Shown one piece after another: positions 1-7,707 of a DNA stretch of 37,502 nucleotides. The translations under genes and the position numbers were made by a program. The notes beneath the pieces are model-generated. The model did not search any database, was not told where the DNA came from, and worked only from the letters and a program-made list of their open reading frames with translations. Position 1 is the first letter of the stretch. Each line of letters opens with the position of its first letter. The DNA is from a virus (lineage: Duplodnaviria > Caudoviricetes). The DNA lies in IMG/VR virus record IMGVR_UViG_3300020269_000018, positions 1 to 37,502 of that record. The stretch is one strand, 5' to 3'.

Positions 1-37
1 CAATGTAGCTATGTTTGGAAAGTAACACAAGATTATT

Positions 38-202
38 ATGCTTAAACTCTTAAAACCAATACTACTAAAGTTCTTTACTACTACTGCTGTAAAAAGATTA
101 GTAGTCGATTTGCTTAGAGCAATCTGCAAACAAACTACCAACACGCTTGATGACAGGGCTGTTGATATGTTGGAGCAGCAGTTGTTCCCCAAATTGAACT
201 GA
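38..202 (+). CDS. Small conserved phage protein, 54 aa (MLKLLKPILLKFFTTTAVKRLVVDLL...TNTLDDRAV)
   Basis: Translated by hand, ATG38 to TGA202, abutting the next ATG at 204; resembles a small amphipathic family seen in cyanophage late regions. Confidence 0.7.
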   Translation: MLKLLKPILLKFFTTTAVKRLVVDLLRAICKQTTNTLDDRAVDMLEQQLFPKLN

Positions 203-203
203 T

Positions 204-512
204 ATGAGCCACAAAGAGTTTTTTAAAGTACTTATTGGCAATCCACCGCCAGAAATCGAGTTTGAAATCTTGATGAAACAGCGTGAAACAGAACAATTAC
301 CTGATGAAGCTATAAAAGCATACTGTTTAGATTTAATTAAGTACACAAAACTACAAGATATGCTGCTTTCTGCTGCAATAATGCGTATATCAGAAATCGA
401 AACTAAGTTATATCGCTATGAAAAGGGTATGAGACTATACAAAAAAGTAAAAAAATTAGGTTTTTTTGGTAAAATAAGGTATCTTCTGTCTGGCAAAACA
501 GATAAGAAGTAA
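204..512 (+). CDS. Hypothetical phage protein, 102 aa
   Basis: ORF track; tightly packed in the operon. Confidence 0.7.
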   Translation: MSHKEFFKVLIGNPPPEIEFEILMKQRETEQLPDEAIKAYCLDLIKYTKLQDMLLSAAIMRISEIETKLYRYEKGMRLYKKVKKLGFFGKIRYLLSGKTDKK

Positions 513-539
513 TTATATTATTTGTAAACACTAGTTACT

Positions 540-755
540 ATGAACATAAAAAAGCTAAATAACTTACATAGTGCCTTAACTGATACATTATTAGAGAAAG
601 TAACTAGCGGAGATGCAAAAGCTGGTGATTTAAACGTAGCTAGACAGTTTCTAAAAGACAATGGGATAGAATGTATACCTACAGAAAACAATAAAATGGA
701 TGATTTAATGAAAAATTTACCTGATTTAGACGCAATACCTGTTGCTGAATTATGA
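540..755 (+). CDS. Terminase small subunit (T7 gp18-like)
   Basis: LH..LT..LL..V.SG.A...DLNVARQFLKDNGI motif; lies upstream of terL. Confidence 0.85.
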   Translation: MNIKKLNNLHSALTDTLLEKVTSGDAKAGDLNVARQFLKDNGIECIPTENNKMDDLMKNLPDLDAIPVAEL

Positions 756-904
756 ATTGTTGGCATTGTGGGACTCCATTAATTTGGGGAGGTGATGAGG
801 ATGCAAGTGAAGATAGTGAATATCTAATTATTACTAATTTAACTTGTCCTAAATGCAAGTCTTATGTAGAAGTTTCTAAACCAAAAGATGCAACCGTTAC
901 CTAA
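752..904 (+). CDS. Small zinc-finger protein, 50 aa (MNCWHCGTPLIWGGD...NLTCPKC)
   Basis: Translated by hand; ATGA overlap with the terS stop; two CxxC pairs; overlaps the terL start. Confidence 0.7.
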   Translation: MNCWHCGTPLIWGGDEDASEDSEYLIITNLTCPKCKSYVEVSKPKDATVT

Positions 905-2600
905 AAAACTACAAGACTTTAGATATTTTTTAATTGTTACTTGGAGACATTTAAATCTTCCTGATCCTACTCCTGTTCAACTAGATATTGCTGAATATCT
1001 ACAAAGTGGTACTAGACGTAAAATTTTACAGGGATTTAGAGGTGTTGGTAAAAGCTGGATAACCTCTACTTATGTCGTATGGAAACTACGAATGAATCCG
1101 CAGTTAAAATTTTTAGTTGTTAGTGCAAGTAAAAACAGAGCAGACGATTTTACGACTTTTACTATGCGTTTGATCAATGAAATGCCAATATTATCTCCTT
1201 TAATACCGCAAGAACACCAAAGAAACAGCAAAATTAGTTTTGATGTTGCACCTGCAACTGCTTCTCATGCTCCTAGCGTTACTAGTAGAGGAGTTCTTTC
1301 ACAGATGGCAGGTAGTCGTGCAGACGAAATAATTGCAGATGACGTAGAAGTTCCAAATAATTCTTATACACAACCTATGAGAGACAAATTAGCGGAAGCT
1401 GTAAAAGAATTTGAAGCTATTTTAAAACCAAATGGCAATGTTACTTTTCTTGGGACACCACAAGTAGAAAATAGTTTGTATTTAACGCTAGAAGAACGTG
1501 GATATGAAACAAGAATATGGACAGCACGTTATCCAGAGTTAAAAAACAATTATGGAGATAGACTTGCTCCATTTATTAAAGAAAGACTAACTAATGAATT
1601 ATCTAAACCTAAAGATCCTGTAGATCCACAAAGATTTACTTCTGTAGATCTTATGGAACGTGAAGCATCTTATGGGCGATCTGGTTTTAACTTACAGTTT
1701 CAGCTAGATACAACATTATCTGATCAAGACAGATACCCATTAAAAATATCTGATCTTGTTATATCTTCTATAAACCAAGATTATGCACCTGAGAAAATCA
1801 TATGGTCTAATAATCCAGAATACGCTATACAAGATTTACCTTGCGTTGGGTTTAATGGTGATAGGTTCTACCGCCCTGCTCAAGAGTTTGGAGACTACAT
1901 TGAATATACAGGTAGTGTGATGTTTATCGACCCTTCTGGGAAGGGAAAAGATGCTACAGGCTATGCTTGTGTAAAGATGTTAAACGGTAATCTCTATGTT
2001 ACTGATGCAGGTGGACTGACAGGTGGTTATTCAGACTTAGTTTTAGAAAAATTATCTAAAATTGCAAGATTTAATAAAATAAATTCGATTTTAATAGAGC
2101 AAAACTTTGGTGGTGGTATGTTTGCTGAACTACTAAAACCATTTCTTATGAGATTTCACCCATGCGAAGTACAAGATGTAAGAAATAATAAGACTAAAGA
2201 ACTAAGAATTATTGATACTCTAGAACCTGTTATGAACTCTCATAGATTAATAATAGATCGCAAGGTTATAGAAAAAGATTTTAAATCTAATCAAGATGAA
2301 CCGCCAGAAAGACGATTAAAATTACAACTTGTTTATCAACTTAGTAGGATCTCTAGACATAGAGGTAGTTTAGTTAATGACGATATTATTGATGCCCTTG
2401 CTGGTGCTGTTGGTTACTGGACAGAATATATGTCCCAAGATGAAGAAAGGAATATTCAATCTAGAAAAGATGAATTATTAATGACTCATTTAAATAATTG
2501 GGGATCTGCTCTTAACTCAACTATTACTCAAACAGCTATGGGAATGTCTCCTCAACAAATAAGAAATTCTAATGTATCTGACAAAGGTTTTATAAGATAA
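888..2600 (+). CDS. Terminase large subunit (T7 gp19-like)
   Basis: Walker A FRGVGKS, Walker B IIADDVE, LGTPQ, nuclease IDPSGKGKD and DDIIDALA. Confidence 0.96.
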   Translation: MQPLPKKLQDFRYFLIVTWRHLNLPDPTPVQLDIAEYLQSGTRRKILQGFRGVGKSWITSTYVVWKLRMNPQLKFLVVSASKNRADDFTTFTMRLINEMPILSPLIPQEHQRNSKISFDVAPATASHAPSVTSRGVLSQMAGSRADEIIADDVEVPNNSYTQPMRDKLAEAVKEFEAILKPNGNVTFLGTPQVENSLYLTLEERGYETRIWTARYPELKNNYGDRLAPFIKERLTNELSKPKDPVDPQRFTSVDLMEREASYGRSGFNLQFQLDTTLSDQDRYPLKISDLVISSINQDYAPEKIIWSNNPEYAIQDLPCVGFNGDRFYRPAQEFGDYIEYTGSVMFIDPSGKGKDATGYACVKMLNGNLYVTDAGGLTGGYSDLVLEKLSKIARFNKINSILIEQNFGGGMFAELLKPFLMRFHPCEVQDVRNNKTKELRIIDTLEPVMNSHRLIIDRKVIEKDFKSNQDEPPERRLKLQLVYQLSRISRHRGSLVNDDIIDALAGAVGYWTEYMSQDEERNIQSRKDELLMTHLNNWGSALNSTITQTAMGMSPQQIRNSNVSDKGFIR

Positions 2601-2620
2601 TCTTATTAGGTACTACTATA

Positions 2621-2712
2621 GGATAAGTGACTGAGCAACACGCACTCTCCAAAGAACCTACAGGGTGTCATTTTAAAGCGGTGGTACACCCTATAGGTTC
2701 AACCTAATTTTT
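2621..2712 (+). ncRNA. Candidate trans-acting small RNA: 20-nt antisense head plus long hairpin
   Basis: 2621-2640 is complementary to five early-gene leaders; stem 2654-2668/2686-2700 pairs 14 of 15 bp; T-run at 2708-2712. No expression evidence. Confidence 0.5.
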
Positions 2713-3082
2713 CCCTACTTCTGCTTCTACTACGGAAAAATATTTGACACAAAAATCTGAAGAGGTTACGCATATAGTGGAAATGAATTTACCCCCATAG
2801 ACTATATAAAAAACTCAAAAAAAAACCCTAAAAACCTATAAAACCTTACTATGACTAAGTTTATAAATTACTAGTACTAATTTATGGGGTTTCTGGGGTG
2901 GTTCTGGTGAATTTTTAGACCATCTATATGTCTACATGATCGGTTAAAGGTGGGGTGGGTTAGCTATGGATTTAATAAAAAAAAAGAGAATAAAAAGAAA
3001 TAAAGTGTATTAGTAAAAGTAGTACAAAAAAATATTACTGTTTGTTAAGTTTTCGCTGAGATCCATTGGTATGACTGAACAT

Positions 3083-3096
3083 AGTACAAATGAACT
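3083..3096. promoter_or_regulatory. Putative cyanobacterial LexA-box-like operator AGTACAAATGAACT
   Basis: 13/14 match to the consensus AGTACWNWTGTACT (recalled); upstream of the first early gene. Confidence 0.4.
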
Positions 3097-3253
3097 AATC
3101 TACCTGATAAACGCTTTTTTAATTTTGTACTATTAAACAAACAACAAAAAAGAACTAATTATTAGCAATATTGATGATTTTTTTTAATTTATATGTAATA
3201 CTACTAATAGTAATTATTAATTAATTACTGTTGCTCAATTACTTATTAATCAA

Positions 3254-4213
3254 ATGACAGCATCCGCACCTAGAAAATCTAAAAAAGAGTTCGACCCAAA
3301 CAAAGGTTATGAAGAACTAGCAAACGACCTTATTTCAATAATGGAAAAAGGGGTCAACCCGTTCAGAAAAAGCTGGACTAGGGAGGCTCAACACACTAAC
3401 TTTGTAACTGGTGACGCTTACAACAACGGCAACTTAATTTGCTTAGAAATTGCAAGATTAACCAGAAATTACAAAAGTCCTTATTGGATGGGATTTGCTC
3501 AGGCTCGCTCATTCGGTCTATCTATTATTAAGGGTTCTAAAGGATCTATCATTCTACGCCCTGTAGCAATGAAGAAGCCTTTATTAGACGCAAACAATAA
3601 ACCAGTAAAAGACGCACTCGGAAATCCTGAGTTTACTTGCTGGACTATTTTTGTTCCCTGTCGTGTTTTTAATTTGGATTGTTTCCAGAAAACAGAAAAA
3701 TTAGAAAAAAGACTTGCTGAACTTAATAAAGAAGTAGCTGTTAATCATTCACCTATTAGTAGTAGAGAATCAAAAGCAATCGAACAAATTAATAATTATG
3801 TGACTACACATAATATTGATTTTGGCGAGGGCGGAAATTCTGCATATTACGATCCAGAAGCTGACTCTATAACTGTTCCTAATAAAGAAAGATTCTCTGA
3901 TTATTCAGAGTTTATTTCTGTTGCACTACATGAGTGTGTGCATTCATCAGGAGCAGACAAAAAAGGCAGATTAGCCAGAGTCGGCATTACTGATAAAAAA
4001 GCGGTGTTTGGTTCAGAACTTTATGCAACCGAAGAATTAATTGCGGAAGCGGGTTCTTATCTTTGTTGTAATGAATTACAGATAGATTCTAATAATGAAT
4101 CACACGCTTCTTATCTTGATTGCTGGATTAAGCGATTAAGAAAAGAGCCTAAACACTTATTAACCGTCATTGGTCACTCTGTAAAAGCTAAGAACTTAAT
4201 ATTAGGTTCTTAG
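3254..4213 (+). CDS. ardC: ArdC-like antirestriction ssDNA-binding protein with zincin-like C-terminal domain
   Basis: PFRKSW, N.VTG..Y...N, WMGF.QA, G..I.KGSKG, VFN, AYYDP..D.I.VP, LHECVH, Y..EELIAE, H.SYL..WI..L. Confidence 0.9.
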   Translation: MTASAPRKSKKEFDPNKGYEELANDLISIMEKGVNPFRKSWTREAQHTNFVTGDAYNNGNLICLEIARLTRNYKSPYWMGFAQARSFGLSIIKGSKGSIILRPVAMKKPLLDANNKPVKDALGNPEFTCWTIFVPCRVFNLDCFQKTEKLEKRLAELNKEVAVNHSPISSRESKAIEQINNYVTTHNIDFGEGGNSAYYDPEADSITVPNKERFSDYSEFISVALHECVHSSGADKKGRLARVGITDKKAVFGSELYATEELIAEAGSYLCCNELQIDSNNESHASYLDCWIKRLRKEPKHLLTVIGHSVKAKNLILGS

Positions 4214-4225
4214 TCCTTTTTAGAT

Positions 4226-4268
4226 TCTCTCTTATTAGCAGTAATTTATTTACTGCTAGTAAAAGAGA
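4226..4268 (+). other. Long intergenic stem-loop, possible RNase III processing site
   Basis: TCTCTCTTATTAGCAGTAA / TTACTGCTAGTAAAAGAGA: 19-bp stem with one mismatch and one G-U, 5-nt loop, no U-tract. Confidence 0.55.
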
Positions 4269-4314
4269 TTCTTTTATAAGATCTCTTGTTGCTCACGTTA
4301 TCCAATTTTTATTT

Positions 4315-4653
4315 ATGGAAACAAAAAACATTAATGAGTTTACTAAAAAACTTATTGATAAAGACATAGCAATGTTCCATTATTGCTTACGCAAAGAATG
4401 GACTAGACTAAGTGATTTTCAAGAATCACTAGAGCGGGATTTTAAACCGCATGAAGTTCCAACTAGAACTTTTAGGGATAATGTCCATAACAGGACTACA
4501 ACCCTATTACAAGAAGTCAGACTAGAACTTCAGTACCTTGAAAACTTAATACATTACTGCGAGGAGTTCTTTGAACATCCTAAAGAGACTGAATACCATT
4601 GTTTTAGAACAGAACCCGAAAAGGGGACTAGTCACATAAACAATACATATTAA
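4315..4653 (+). CDS. Hypothetical early protein, 112 aa
   Basis: ORF track; position in the early operon. Confidence 0.7.
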   Translation: METKNINEFTKKLIDKDIAMFHYCLRKEWTRLSDFQESLERDFKPHEVPTRTFRDNVHNRTTTLLQEVRLELQYLENLIHYCEEFFEHPKETEYHCFRTEPEKGTSHINNTY

Positions 4654-4668
4654 GTCCCTCCAGAATCG

Positions 4669-4697
4669 CCTAGAACAGCCCTTAAATCTGTTCTAGG
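4669..4697 (+). other. Intergenic stem-loop
   Basis: CCTAGAACAG / CTGTTCTAGG perfect 10-bp inverted repeat between genes. Confidence 0.55.
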
Positions 4698-4733
4698 TAT
4701 CTTTATACCCTTACTATTTACACTTTTCTAATT

Positions 4734-4907
4734 ATGGAAAAAACAACTTATGCTGATTATTTGGCAATGTCAGAAAGTTTTAACGACTGGTTAAAACAAG
4801 TCCCTTTTGGTTTTTGGATTAAAGGGATGAAAGTTAACAAAGATAGATCTGTTACTTTCATATTTAAAAACTCTTTAGACTCTGAAAGGTGGCTAACTGA
4901 AAAATGA
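4734..4907 (+). CDS. Hypothetical early protein, 57 aa (MEKTTYADYLAMSESFNDWLKQVPFG...)
   Basis: Translated by hand; fills the gap; ATGA coupling to the next ORF. Confidence 0.6.
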   Translation: MEKTTYADYLAMSESFNDWLKQVPFGFWIKGMKVNKDRSVTFIFKNSLDSERWLTEK

Positions 4908-4981
4908 CTAGTTTTATTATCTGGGGTTGCATTGCAACCCTTTTATATATCTTTTTAAAAAACACTATCAACCATTATTAA
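4904..4981 (+). CDS. Possible 25-aa hydrophobic peptide (MTSFIIWGCIATLLYIFLKNTINHY)
   Basis: ATGA overlap upstream; stop lies 1 nt before ATG4983; one TM-like stretch. Confidence 0.45.
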   Translation: MTSFIIWGCIATLLYIFLKNTINHY

Positions 4982-4982
4982 A

Positions 4983-5219
4983 ATGAATTTATTTGAAGCA
5001 GTACCAAACATTGTTAAAGAAGAGTTCGAGGGCGTTAACATTAACGACTTAACACACTTTGAACTTCTTAAATACATCACACAAATTGAAGTGAGAGTTT
5101 GGGAAAACATCAGCCTAACACCTAACCCTTTTAATAGATCTCAAGTTGCTTTAATGATCCAGAACGCAACTAATTTATTAAAAGAAAACCCCGAAAATTA
5201 TGATGATTTACTGGGCTAG
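4983..5219 (+). CDS. Hypothetical early protein, 78 aa
   Basis: ORF track; followed by a terminator. Confidence 0.7.
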   Translation: MNLFEAVPNIVKEEFEGVNINDLTHFELLKYITQIEVRVWENISLTPNPFNRSQVALMIQNATNLLKENPENYDDLLG

Positions 5220-5234
5220 GTAAACGCAAAATTT

Positions 5235-5263
5235 AAACCTCTAGTATTACTAGGGGTTTTTTT
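5235..5263 (+). terminator. Rho-independent terminator
   Basis: CCTCTAGT-ATT-ACTAGGGG followed by T7. Confidence 0.75.
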
Positions 5264-5285
5264 ATTGCCAATTTTTATTAAATGT

Positions 5286-5314
5286 TTGCAATATTGTATA
5301 CATTCTGCTAGGTT
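5286..5314 (+). promoter_or_regulatory. Host sigma70-type early promoter
   Basis: TTGCAA-17 bp-TAGGTT with TG extension; predicted start near 5321. Confidence 0.6.
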
Positions 5315-5343
5315 AGGTAGGCTCAGTATACTTTTTCTTTATT

Positions 5344-5943
5344 ATGTCAGCACACTTAACCGATCAGGACTGCTTAAACGCCCTTGCAACATTGTATGGG
5401 GAGTTTTATAAATCTGATGATCCGCAAAGAGCATTAGACCGTGCATATTATAATGCACCAACCACACACAAATTAGATAATTGGGAGTGTGAAAGGATTG
5501 CTAGGTTGCTTTTACATCAAGCAAGCGAAACTCATAAGGGGTTAGCACTTCATAAGGTAGTCTTTGACCACCTACTGGAAGCTAATGTTAATAGCTTAAA
5601 GTACCTATACCCTAGAGATGAAGATGCAAGTCCAACTGAAAGGATTTGGTATAACAACTACGAGTTTAAAAAATCATCAACTGTTACAAAATGGGTAGCA
5701 GAAAAAGACGCTAAAGGTTTATTGCAATTATGGGGGATGCTCAAAGGTTGGGAGTACCAAAGCTGTGAAGATCCAACATGGCAAGATGATGCAGTCTTTC
5801 AAATGAAGTTCCAAATCCAGTACGCAATATTAAACTTATTGGAAGATAAGTTTTGCGGTGAAGATAATGTTTGGACTAGTTGGCAAGACCCACAACTAGA
5901 TAAAGACGTTATTAACATTTCAGATATGTTTGCTATGCATTGA
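5344..5943 (+). CDS. Hypothetical early protein, 199 aa (N..SL..LYP and YQSCE motifs)
   Basis: ORF track; has its own promoter and terminator. Confidence 0.8.
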   Translation: MSAHLTDQDCLNALATLYGEFYKSDDPQRALDRAYYNAPTTHKLDNWECERIARLLLHQASETHKGLALHKVVFDHLLEANVNSLKYLYPRDEDASPTERIWYNNYEFKKSSTVTKWVAEKDAKGLLQLWGMLKGWEYQSCEDPTWQDDAVFQMKFQIQYAILNLLEDKFCGEDNVWTSWQDPQLDKDVINISDMFAMH

Positions 5944-5968
5944 TGTATAGTAACCATAGAGCAACTAC

Positions 5969-5994
5969 AACCATCCGCAAGGGTGGTTTTTTTT
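5969..5994 (+). terminator. Rho-independent terminator
   Basis: CCATCC-GCAA-GGGTGG followed by T8; GNRA loop. Confidence 0.8.
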
Positions 5995-6016
5995 ATTGGT
6001 AAATTTATAAATATAC

Positions 6017-6045
6017 TTGCAATATTATATATATGCGGTTACACT
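6017..6045 (+). promoter_or_regulatory. Host sigma70-type early promoter
   Basis: TTGCAA-17 bp-TACACT; predicted start near 6052. Confidence 0.7.
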
Positions 6046-6073
6046 AGGTTTGCTCAGTTTATTTTATCTAACA

Positions 6074-6250
6074 ATGGCAGACATTAAGTCTTTTAAAGAC
6101 AATCTAGTATGGCGAACTGATCAAAGAATCATAGGCCAAAAGCAATTACTAGAAGAACACACTAGAGCAATAGCTCAAATTGAAAAAACTATTGCAGAAC
6201 TTAAAGAACTCAAAGAGGTTTTAAAGGGGGTGCAAAATGAAAAAAGATAA
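6074..6250 (+). CDS. Small coiled-coil early protein, 58 aa (start revised from 6017)
   Basis: The TTG at 6017 is the -35 box; first in-frame ATG after the promoter is 6074. Confidence 0.65.
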   Translation: MADIKSFKDNLVWRTDQRIIGQKQLLEEHTRAIAQIEKTIAELKELKEVLKGVQNEKR

Positions 6251-6449
6251 TAGAAAATTTATTCCAATACCCAAAGATGAGTACTTTAAAAAGATTACAA
6301 AGTACCAATACGAATGTCCTTTTGATCGTACACTTTCATGCCAAAGTGTGATTAGAAAAGACCCATCTGATGGTCACTCTTATTTCATTGCATCAATAAA
6401 GATGCGAGTGCCTATTAATAAAAGAGATTGGAGTGCAGAAGATGAATAA
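6237..6449 (+). CDS. Hypothetical early protein, 70 aa
   Basis: ORF track; SD-like GGGGG upstream. Confidence 0.65.
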   Translation: MKKDNRKFIPIPKDEYFKKITKYQYECPFDRTLSCQSVIRKDPSDGHSYFIASIKMRVPINKRDWSAEDE

Positions 6450-6744
6450 AAAAATCTTTGCTTACAAATCAGATTTACATGGTAGATGGTTTTGGCTATC
6501 TGATGATTACGATCTTAGGTCGCATCCATTTATAGAGAAGAAACTATTTACTAATGTTTATATGCCTATAGCAGAAACTACAGGCGATTACGTTTGTGAT
6601 TGGTCTTGCTTTGATGACCTCGACATAGAGCAACATCAAGAACTAATAAAAATACAAAAAACTTTATTTTGTTTTGAACAAATGCAGAAGCAGTTGGACA
6701 ATACAGAACTAAAACACATTCACCTTATACACCTAAAGGATTAA
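6442..6744 (+). CDS. Hypothetical early protein, ~100 aa
   Basis: ORF track 6433-6744; ATG6442 with GGAG upstream preferred. Confidence 0.65.
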   Translation: MNKKIFAYKSDLHGRWFWLSDDYDLRSHPFIEKKLFTNVYMPIAETTGDYVCDWSCFDDLDIEQHQELIKIQKTLFCFEQMQKQLDNTELKHIHLIHLKD

Positions 6745-6749
6745 AAAAA

Positions 6750-7367
6750 ATGAAAACAACCACTTTCACAAAGCAGCAAATAGTAGAAAAATTTGTTGAC
6801 GTTGAACTAGAAGATGCAGGTTACAACAATCAAGACTTTTATCTATCTTCAGAAAATAGATTACGTTATGTACTTGCAACTGTTGAATTACCAGAACTTT
6901 ATGGAGAACAAAAATTACCAGAAGGTACAGAAAAAAATAAATTTTATAATTGCATTATTTTCCCTGAAGAAGGCAAAGACTTTGTAGTTAAAAATCCAGA
7001 GTTATTACAACAACTTATGGATATGGATAATGATTCTTTGCATGATTATGTTGAAGATAATGACTATGAATGGTTAGGAGCAGACTTTGAGCATATAGAA
7101 GAATACTTATGTTTTGTTTCTGATATGCAAGATGAGTGGCAATTTATAGCAGGGGGAACACACAATGATGATGAGTATATGGACATTATTAAACAATCTC
7201 GAAACAATCAAAGAACTCATAATAAATTTAAATCGGCAATAGAAATACTTATTAGTTATGTTCCAGAAAATGACTATGTAAAACAAAATATTTACAGAAA
7301 ATTAAACCATCAAGGGATTGATACTGAATTTTTAGATGGGTTAGGTTTGATTAAGGAGGATAAATAA
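6750..7367 (+). CDS. Acidic hypothetical early protein, 205 aa
   Basis: ORF track; AAGGA upstream; D/E-rich centre. Confidence 0.75.
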   Translation: MKTTTFTKQQIVEKFVDVELEDAGYNNQDFYLSSENRLRYVLATVELPELYGEQKLPEGTEKNKFYNCIIFPEEGKDFVVKNPELLQQLMDMDNDSLHDYVEDNDYEWLGADFEHIEEYLCFVSDMQDEWQFIAGGTHNDDEYMDIIKQSRNNQRTHNKFKSAIEILISYVPENDYVKQNIYRKLNHQGIDTEFLDGLGLIKEDK

Positions 7368-7474
7368 TGCAAGAAGAATATGATTATTGTGATAGATGCG
7401 ATTGCATTCTGCGATATGACGAGGGCGATATTTGTTGCTCTTGTGAAGATTTAAAAAAGGAGGAACAAAACTAA
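7367..7474 (+). CDS. Mini zinc-finger-like peptide, 35 aa (MQEEYDYCDRCDCILRYDEGDICCSCEDLKKEEQN)
   Basis: Strong SD AAGGAGG; TAATG coupling at both ends; CxxC...CxxC. Confidence 0.65.
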   Translation: MQEEYDYCDRCDCILRYDEGDICCSCEDLKKEEQN

Positions 7475-7707
7475 TGAGCGAACAACAAGAAAAACTAGAC
7501 AAAGGAGTTGATAGGCTAATGGACTATTTCTCTAATCAGTACGATACAAGAAGCTCTTATTCTGCATTACTTGATAAACTTACAGATAATCCAGATCAAA
7601 CGATAAGAGAATTTTTTGAAAGTTGGGCTGATGATGATGGTCTAGATGATGATTTTGATGATGATGTTGACTATGGTGAAATGAGGGAGGTAGAAGAAGA
7701 TGCTTAA
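7474..7707 (+). CDS. Highly acidic small protein, 77 aa
   Basis: SD AAGGAGG; tail DDDGLDDDFDDDVDY. Confidence 0.7.
   Translation: MSEQQEKLDKGVDRLMDYFSNQYDTRSSYSALLDKLTDNPDQTIREFFESWADDDGLDDDFDDDVDYGEMREVEEDA

Larger units (their letters stand above)
2601..3253. other. Non-coding gap between terL and the early genes; probable genome termini / control region
   Basis: No ORFs; A-, C- and G-runs and hairpins; same position as the terminal repeat in T7-like genomes. Confidence 0.6.

Noticed and set aside
98-766. Minus-strand ORFs 98-346 and 518-766
   Set aside because: Antisense shadows of well-supported + strand genes.
2621-2700. Mini-CRISPR interpretation of the 20-nt head
   Set aside because: No repeat-spacer-repeat structure and no cas genes.
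2692-2708. GGTTCAACC as a tRNA T-arm or tRNA-derived attP
   Set aside because: Loop too short and no cloverleaf or CCA context.
2886-2960. G-quadruplex
   Set aside because: G-runs are too few and too spaced for a stable three-tier structure.
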